Of a DNA stretch of 62,167 nucleotides, positions 57,116 to 62,167 are shown one piece after another (the first letter of the stretch is position 1; each line of letters opens with the position of its first letter). The stretch is from Thermoplasmata archaeon (GTDB lineage Archaea; Thermoplasmatota; Thermoplasmata; Lutacidiplasmatales; UBA184): positions 1 to 62,167 of the forward strand of contig JASHSP010000118.1 in NCBI GenBank assembly GCA_030038655.1, in the 5' to 3' direction. The translations under genes and the position numbers were made by a program. The notes below the pieces were generated by a model, which did no database searches, was not told where the DNA came from, and saw nothing but the letters and a program-made list of their open reading frames with translations.

Positions 57116-58072
57116 CTAACCCGCTTTCCGTGGCGCGGGGGGCGCGCCGTCCCCCTTGCCGCGGTTCCACAGGACGGGGTACTTCTCGGGGTCGGCGAAG
57201 ACCCGGGTCCGCGTCACGACCCAGCCGTGCTTGACCGGGCCGGTCTCCGACGACCCGAAGGCGGCCACGCCGGTCGCGACCAGTTCGCCCGTTCGGGAAA
57301 CGAGCGCGAGGTGCGCGCCTCGGGCGAACGGCCGCGAGCTCGAGACGATCCCGCCCTTCGCCAGCCCCGCGCCGTGAGCGACCGCGCTCGCGGCGCCGTC
57401 CTTGAGGACGAGCGTGGGGAACTCCTTCCAGACCTCGTCGATCGGATGCAGGACCGCGAGGAGCGGCGCCGGGTCCCCGGCGCGGTAGCTCGCCTCGGCG
57501 TCCGCCAGCGTCGTGAGCGGCACGACGGTCCGCTCGTCGAACGGCCCGGTCGCCACGCGGCGGAGCTCCTCGAGATGGGCGGCGATGCCGAGCGCCTCCC
57601 CCAGGTCGACGGCGAGCGTCCGGACGTAGGTGCCCGACTCGGCCACGATGTCGAGGAGCGCGTGCGTCCCCTCGGACTCGACCAGCTTGAGGCGATGGAT
57701 CGTCCGGACCCGGCGCTCGCGCTTGACCGCCGAGCGGACCGGCGGGGTCTGGTAGATCGGGCCCGTGAACTCCCCCAGCAGCCTCTCCAGCTCCTTTACG
57801 CCAACGCGGGCGTGGAAGGTGACCGCCCCGACGTACCGCTTCGGAAAGTCGAGCACGAGCGGCAGGAGCTTCAGCGCCGGACCGACGCCGACCCAGAGCA
57901 CCCCCGACACGTTCGGGTCGAGGGTCCCCGCGTGCCCCGCGGTCTCCGCGCCGAGAAGGTCCCGTGCCCACGCCGTGACCTGGTGGGAGGACGGGCCCCG
58001 CGGCTTGTCGATGAGGACGAACGCTCCCGCCGCGAGGCGCCTCCGGACCGGGTCCTCCGGCGTCGCACTCAT
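57116..58072 (-). CDS. cbf5: H/ACA pseudouridine synthase Cbf5
   Basis: DKPRGPSSHQV, GHAGTLDP, QTPPVRSAVKR, GTYVRTL, PUA domain. Confidence 0.95.
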   Translation of the reverse strand: MSATPEDPVRRRLAAGAFVLIDKPRGPSSHQVTAWARDLLGAETAGHAGTLDPNVSGVLWVGVGPALKLLPLVLDFPKRYVGAVTFHARVGVKELERLLGEFTGPIYQTPPVRSAVKRERRVRTIHRLKLVESEGTHALLDIVAESGTYVRTLAVDLGEALGIAAHLEELRRVATGPFDERTVVPLTTLADAEASYRAGDPAPLLAVLHPIDEVWKEFPTLVLKDGAASAVAHGAGLAKGGIVSSSRPFARGAHLALVSRTGELVATGVAAFGSSETGPVKHGWVVTRTRVFADPEKYPVLWNRGKGDGAPPAPRKAG

Positions 58073-58617
58073 CGGACCGGCTCCTCGTCGTGGGCCCGGA
58101 CCCATGCGACCACCGCGGCGGCGACCTCGGACGGCGGGAGGTGCGTCGAGTCAACGGTCAGGTCCGCGGGGGCGGAGTCCAGGTCGATGTCGTAGAACCG
58201 GCGGTAGCGCGCCCGCTCGCTCGCCTCGCGGGCGAGGACCAGGGCCCGGGCGGACGCCTCGCTCTCCCCGTCGCGCGCCGCGACCCGTCGGACCCGCACC
58301 GCCTCGGAGGCCGTCACCACGATCGCGTGGACCGGGATGCCGTGACGGCGGCAGAGGATGCCCTGGATCCGACCGTCCAGCAGCACCCCGGGCCCCGCGC
58401 GGTCCTGCAGGCGCCGGTCGAGGTCGCGGTCGACCTCGGGGTGGGCCTCCGCGTACCGACCGAACTCCTCGAGCGTGAACCCCCGACTCTTCGCCTCGGC
58501 CCGGAACACGTCGCCCGCGGCCAGGTACTCCAGCCCGAGCGTGCCGGCGACGAGCCGTCCCGCCGTGGATTTCCCGCTTCCCGGGGGGCCGCCGATCGCG
58601 ACCGCCCGGTGGATCAC
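58069..58617 (-). CDS. cmk: cytidylate kinase
   Basis: GPPGSGKST, GDVFR, DGR, ERARYRRFYDID; conserved position after DUF106. Confidence 0.9.
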   Translation of the reverse strand: MIHRAVAIGGPPGSGKSTAGRLVAGTLGLEYLAAGDVFRAEAKSRGFTLEEFGRYAEAHPEVDRDLDRRLQDRAGPGVLLDGRIQGILCRRHGIPVHAIVVTASEAVRVRRVAARDGESEASARALVLAREASERARYRRFYDIDLDSAPADLTVDSTHLPPSEVAAAVVAWVRAHDEEPVR

Positions 58618-59468
58618 GCCGAACCCCCGACCGCTCCTGCCGCCGGGTCGGTGGTGCCGAGGGGGTGCTTCTCGAGGTACCGCCGGATCCACACATGCTT
58701 CAGGAGGCGCCGGAAGGCGAGCGAGAACGGGATCGTGTAGAGGCTGAAGACCAGGAACCACCACGGGATCGGAAGGCTCCCGACGTGGCCGACCAGGTTG
58801 ATCGAGGCTCCGTTGAACGAGATCACCTGGTGCGCGGCGCCGGCGCCCGCGATCACGAGGCCGACCCATGTGTAGATGAGGATGAGCAGGAAGTAGGTGA
58901 TCGCCATCCCCTTGAACTGGGCGATCGTGACCTCGCCGGAGAGCCGCGCGAGCTTCTCCTGGTGGGGCCGCAGCGCGGCGATACGGTCCTTCTTCCCCGA
59001 TCGGATCGCCTCCATCTGGACCTTGCGGAACGCGGTGCTCCACTTCTGGACCTTCGCCGCCTTCACCCAGTCGGTCGTGTAGTTGTACGCGATCGAGGTG
59101 ACCAGCATCTCGATCATCGCCGCCACGGCCATGGTCGCGAGCAGGAACGCTCCGCCGAACCCGATGGCCACGTAGAGCGGGCCCGGGTTGGACGCGCTCG
59201 TGCCGAGGGCGCCGGCGAACTGGTTCCGGAGCGCCGGGTCGATGATCATCCAAAGGCCGAGCAGGCCCAGGAAGACGTAGATCATCGTCGAGACCTTGAA
59301 CGTCGGAGCGGGGGGCCGCGGCCTCGGCTCGAGCGGCGCCGGGCCCTCGTCGTCCTCGTCCTCCTCGTCATCCGGCCCGCCGAGGGGGGCCGAGTCGAGG
59401 GGCTTGGCGGGCTCCGCGGGGCCGGCCTCGTCCAGCACCGAACGCAGCGGGGTCTGATCGCCGGCCAT
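58614..59468 (-). CDS. DUF106 (EMC3/TMCO1/Oxa1 superfamily) membrane protein
   Basis: TM-coiled coil-TM layout, TTDWVK, WWFLVFS; between secY and cmk. Confidence 0.85.
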   Translation of the reverse strand: MAGDQTPLRSVLDEAGPAEPAKPLDSAPLGGPDDEEDEDDEGPAPLEPRPRPPAPTFKVSTMIYVFLGLLGLWMIIDPALRNQFAGALGTSASNPGPLYVAIGFGGAFLLATMAVAAMIEMLVTSIAYNYTTDWVKAAKVQKWSTAFRKVQMEAIRSGKKDRIAALRPHQEKLARLSGEVTIAQFKGMAITYFLLILIYTWVGLVIAGAGAAHQVISFNGASINLVGHVGSLPIPWWFLVFSLYTIPFSLAFRRLLKHVWIRRYLEKHPLGTTDPAAGAVGGSA

Positions 59469-61240
59469 CAGGTCTCGCCTCCCAGGAACCGGCGGAGCAG
59501 GGGGTTCATCTCCATCAGCTGCTCGCGGCCCATCGCATCGTAGAGGTTGATGATGATCCCGACGGTCAGGAGCACGCCCGTGCCGCTCGCGTTGCCCAGC
59601 GTACCGATGAGGTCCGCCCCGGCCGCGAGGGACCCGACCGCGGCCCCCGAGATGACCGTGATTACGGGAATGTACCGCTCGAGCACGCGGCGCAGCACGC
59701 GCGGTTCTCTACGGAATCCGGGGATCTGCATTCCCGTGGCCTCGATCTGGCGGGCGACCGCCTCCGGGCCCATGTTGGTCGTCTGGATCCAGAACTTCGC
59801 AAACAGGATCGAGCCGCCGACCATCGCGGAGAAGTAGACGAGGACGTGGACCAGCCCCTGCCACCACGTATGCTTGTACAGGAACGACCCGTACTGGGCG
59901 TAGTTCAGGATCGGCAGCAGCCACGACTCGAGCCCGTTCGGCGTCGAGAGGTAGTACGCTCCGCCGGAGAGCGGCTGCGTCTGGCTCACCCCCATCGCCT
60001 GCGCCGCCGCGGCGCTCGCCGGGTAGGACCCGATCAGCCAGTTGTGCCCGAGCAGGGGGAACGTCGAGAGCGCGGGGTTCGACCAGAGGAGGATCGTGAC
60101 GATGGACACGTTCGCCAGGAGGGCGCTCATCAGGATGACCGGGATGTTGGACGCGTAGATCAGCCGCAACGGGTACCGGCCCCGCGCGCCCCGGGCCTCG
60201 GCGTGCGAGAGCGGGAGCTCGATACGGGTGGACTCGGTCCAAGCGACCAGGAAGAAGATCGCCGCGGTCCCGACGAGCGCGACCACGGGGTTCGGCTGCC
60301 GCAGGAGCACCTGCTCCCAGCCGCCGCCGGCCATCTGGGAGGCGCTGTAGTGGGTGAAGAACCAGAGGGTCTTCGGGATCGTGCCGCTCGGCGGGTTGGC
60401 CGCGGAGATGACCGTGCCCGCCCCGCCCTGCGGGATCCAGTTGAGCGTTCCCTGGATGATCTGCTGCGAGACCCCGGCGGCGATGAACAGCGAGATCCCG
60501 CTGCCGATCCCCCACTTCGAGACGACCTCGTCCATCAGGAAGACGAGGTAGCTGCCGAAGACGAGCTGCGCGATGATGATGGCGTTCGCGAGGAGGAGGC
60601 CGTTCCCGGGGGACGCCGCCCCGAGGCTCGCGACCACCGAGGCGGACGGCGTGAGGTAGCCGAACACCTGGGGGACGGCCTCCACGAAGATCATCGCGAT
60701 GACGAGGACCTTCTGGGTCCCCTGGTAGGTCCCCTTGTCCTGGTCGTCCGTCAGGTCGAGGTTGATGATCTTCGCGCCCGTGAACAGCTGCATGATGATC
60801 GACCCGGTGACGATCGGGCCGATCCCGAGGTGCATGAGCGTCCCCTGCGCCCCGGCGAGGATCGCGCGGTAGCTCGCGAACAGGTCGATGACGGTCGACT
60901 GGTCGACGCCGAACAGGTAGACGTTCGCGAGGACGAAGTAGAGCAGCAGGACGGAGATCGTCCAGCCCATCTTCGTGCGGAAATGCACGTGGCCCTTCGG
61001 TTGCGTCACGGCGGGCATCCGGCTCGTCACCGGTTTCAGACCGTACAGCTTGGAGCGCGGGCCGTTGTAGGAGAGCCCGAGGTAGAGGAGGCCGAGGATC
61101 ACCGCGACCGCGATCGCGACCAGGCCGAGCGCCAGGATCGTGGGCCGGTCCCAGAACCAGACGACGGCGAGCGCGAGGGCCCCCAGCACGAGGAGCGGGA
61201 CCGCCCACCGCACGTCGCGCGGGATCTCCTCGTCCGGCAT
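59468..61240 (-). CDS. secY: preprotein translocase SecY
   Basis: LGIGPIVTGSIIMQL, SKWGIGSGISLFI, YASNIPVIL, IPGFRR, GTGVLLTV. Confidence 0.97.
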   Translation of the reverse strand: MPDEEIPRDVRWAVPLLVLGALALAVVWFWDRPTILALGLVAIAVAVILGLLYLGLSYNGPRSKLYGLKPVTSRMPAVTQPKGHVHFRTKMGWTISVLLLYFVLANVYLFGVDQSTVIDLFASYRAILAGAQGTLMHLGIGPIVTGSIIMQLFTGAKIINLDLTDDQDKGTYQGTQKVLVIAMIFVEAVPQVFGYLTPSASVVASLGAASPGNGLLLANAIIIAQLVFGSYLVFLMDEVVSKWGIGSGISLFIAAGVSQQIIQGTLNWIPQGGAGTVISAANPPSGTIPKTLWFFTHYSASQMAGGGWEQVLLRQPNPVVALVGTAAIFFLVAWTESTRIELPLSHAEARGARGRYPLRLIYASNIPVILMSALLANVSIVTILLWSNPALSTFPLLGHNWLIGSYPASAAAAQAMGVSQTQPLSGGAYYLSTPNGLESWLLPILNYAQYGSFLYKHTWWQGLVHVLVYFSAMVGGSILFAKFWIQTTNMGPEAVARQIEATGMQIPGFRREPRVLRRVLERYIPVITVISGAAVGSLAAGADLIGTLGNASGTGVLLTVGIIINLYDAMGREQLMEMNPLLRRFLGGET

Positions 61241-61269
61241 GCGTTATCGTCGCGGAGCCGACGGGCGGA

Positions 61270-61716
61270 TTATATAGTCTTTGGAGCGGCGGGAGGCTCA
61301 GCGCCCGCCGGCGCGACGACCGTGACCTTCTCGCGGGCGTGCCGGGAGGCGTACCCGACGACGACCTTCCAGGGGCGGCCCGTCGAGCCGCCTCCCAGCA
61401 GGCGGTCCACGCCCGACTTCGTGAGGTCGGCGACGAACGTGTCCCCCTCACGGGTCAGGGCCCCCGCCGCCTCGAGGAACGGGACCAGCGCGTCCAGCTC
61501 CCCGACGTTCACGGCGGTCGGCCGCTCGACGACCTGACGGGGCCGCGAGAACCCGTGCCGGCCGAAGTGGTCCGGGGCGTAGATCAGCATCGACTTGAAC
61601 TTGTACTTGTGCAGCCCGGCGTTCCCGCGTCCGCCCTGCTTGCCCGCGCCGCGGCCGGCCTTCATCCCCCGCCCGTGGTTCCTCAGCCCCCGGAACTTCT
61701 TCGTTCGACTCGGCAT
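61270..61716 (-). CDS. rpl15: 50S ribosomal protein uL15
   Basis: RGAGKQGGRGNAG, HFGRHGF, VNVGEL, LLGGG. Confidence 0.95.
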   Translation of the reverse strand: MPSRTKKFRGLRNHGRGMKAGRGAGKQGGRGNAGLHKYKFKSMLIYAPDHFGRHGFSRPRQVVERPTAVNVGELDALVPFLEAAGALTREGDTFVADLTKSGVDRLLGGGSTGRPWKVVVGYASRHAREKVTVVAPAGAEPPAAPKTI

Positions 61717-61723
61717 CGTCCCT

Positions 61724-62167
61724 CTACATCATCCGGCGGACCAGGTCGTTGACGGTCCGCCCACGGTAGCCGAGCGCGCCGCCCAGCGCGAACGACTTCT
61801 TCGTCGACCGCCACCCGCCGTTCGGCGCCCGCAGGCGGAACAGCGGCTTCAACCCCGGGACCTTCGGAAGGCCGCGTTCCGTGACCGTCTTCGCGAGCTC
61901 GTCCAGGTCCTTCGCGCGGATCTCCTCCCCGAGGCTCTCGGGCGAGACCCGCTTCCCGTCGACCGTCTCGCCGCGCTCGGTGAGCAGGAGGCCGACCGTC
62001 TGGGGGTCCGCCTCGCCCCACGTGACGTACCCCTGGACCTTCGTGAGCATCCCCCGGTACGACGGTTCCTCGGGAAGGACCGTGACGTGGTTCGGCCGGG
62101 TCAGGTGCAGGAACCGGAGCGTGTCGACGATGTCCGCCCGGGCGTGGATCGAACCCCGGACCCGCAC
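61724..62167 (-). CDS. rpl30: 50S ribosomal protein uL30; 5'-partial
   Basis: VRVRG, GMLTKVQGYVTWGE, FRLRAPNGG, GALGYRG. Confidence 0.95.
   Translation of the reverse strand: MRVRGSIHARADIVDTLRFLHLTRPNHVTVLPEEPSYRGMLTKVQGYVTWGEADPQTVGLLLTERGETVDGKRVSPESLGEEIRAKDLDELAKTVTERGLPKVPGLKPLFRLRAPNGGWRSTKKSFALGGALGYRGRTVNDLVRRMM

Overview
GC-rich archaeal chromosomal segment, most likely Thermoplasmatota (inferred from archaeal-type SRP54, PheS/T, uS2, eS6, aIF2-gamma, PCNA, Cbf5, SecY, uL15/uL30, PurP, TFB and thermopsin-type surface repeats). About 65 genes, mostly housekeeping: translation, secretion, methylmalonyl-CoA mutase/epimerase/MeaB, acyl-CoA dehydrogenase, thiolase, NAD/CoA/purine synthesis, glycan-modifying genes. 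Most long overlapping ORFs in the track are high-GC shadow frames. The main anomaly is a visibly AT-richer ~3.3-kb island (17526-20816) with no recombinase or transposase gene. It is built from modules that start CGGC and/or end GCCG, are joined by 7-8-nt spacers, and each carry their own family of phased direct-repeat boxes; all cargo genes face the same way. It looks like a cassette array assembled in trans by site-specific recombination (inference). Other notable items: a tRNA-Ser(GGA) with an intron in the T-loop, a tandem active/degenerate Cas4-like nuclease, an MshC-like shortened CysRS paralogue next to a glycan locus, a divergent TFB paralogue, and three microproteins too short for the ORF track. 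No CRISPR array, rRNA, transposase or integrase was seen.
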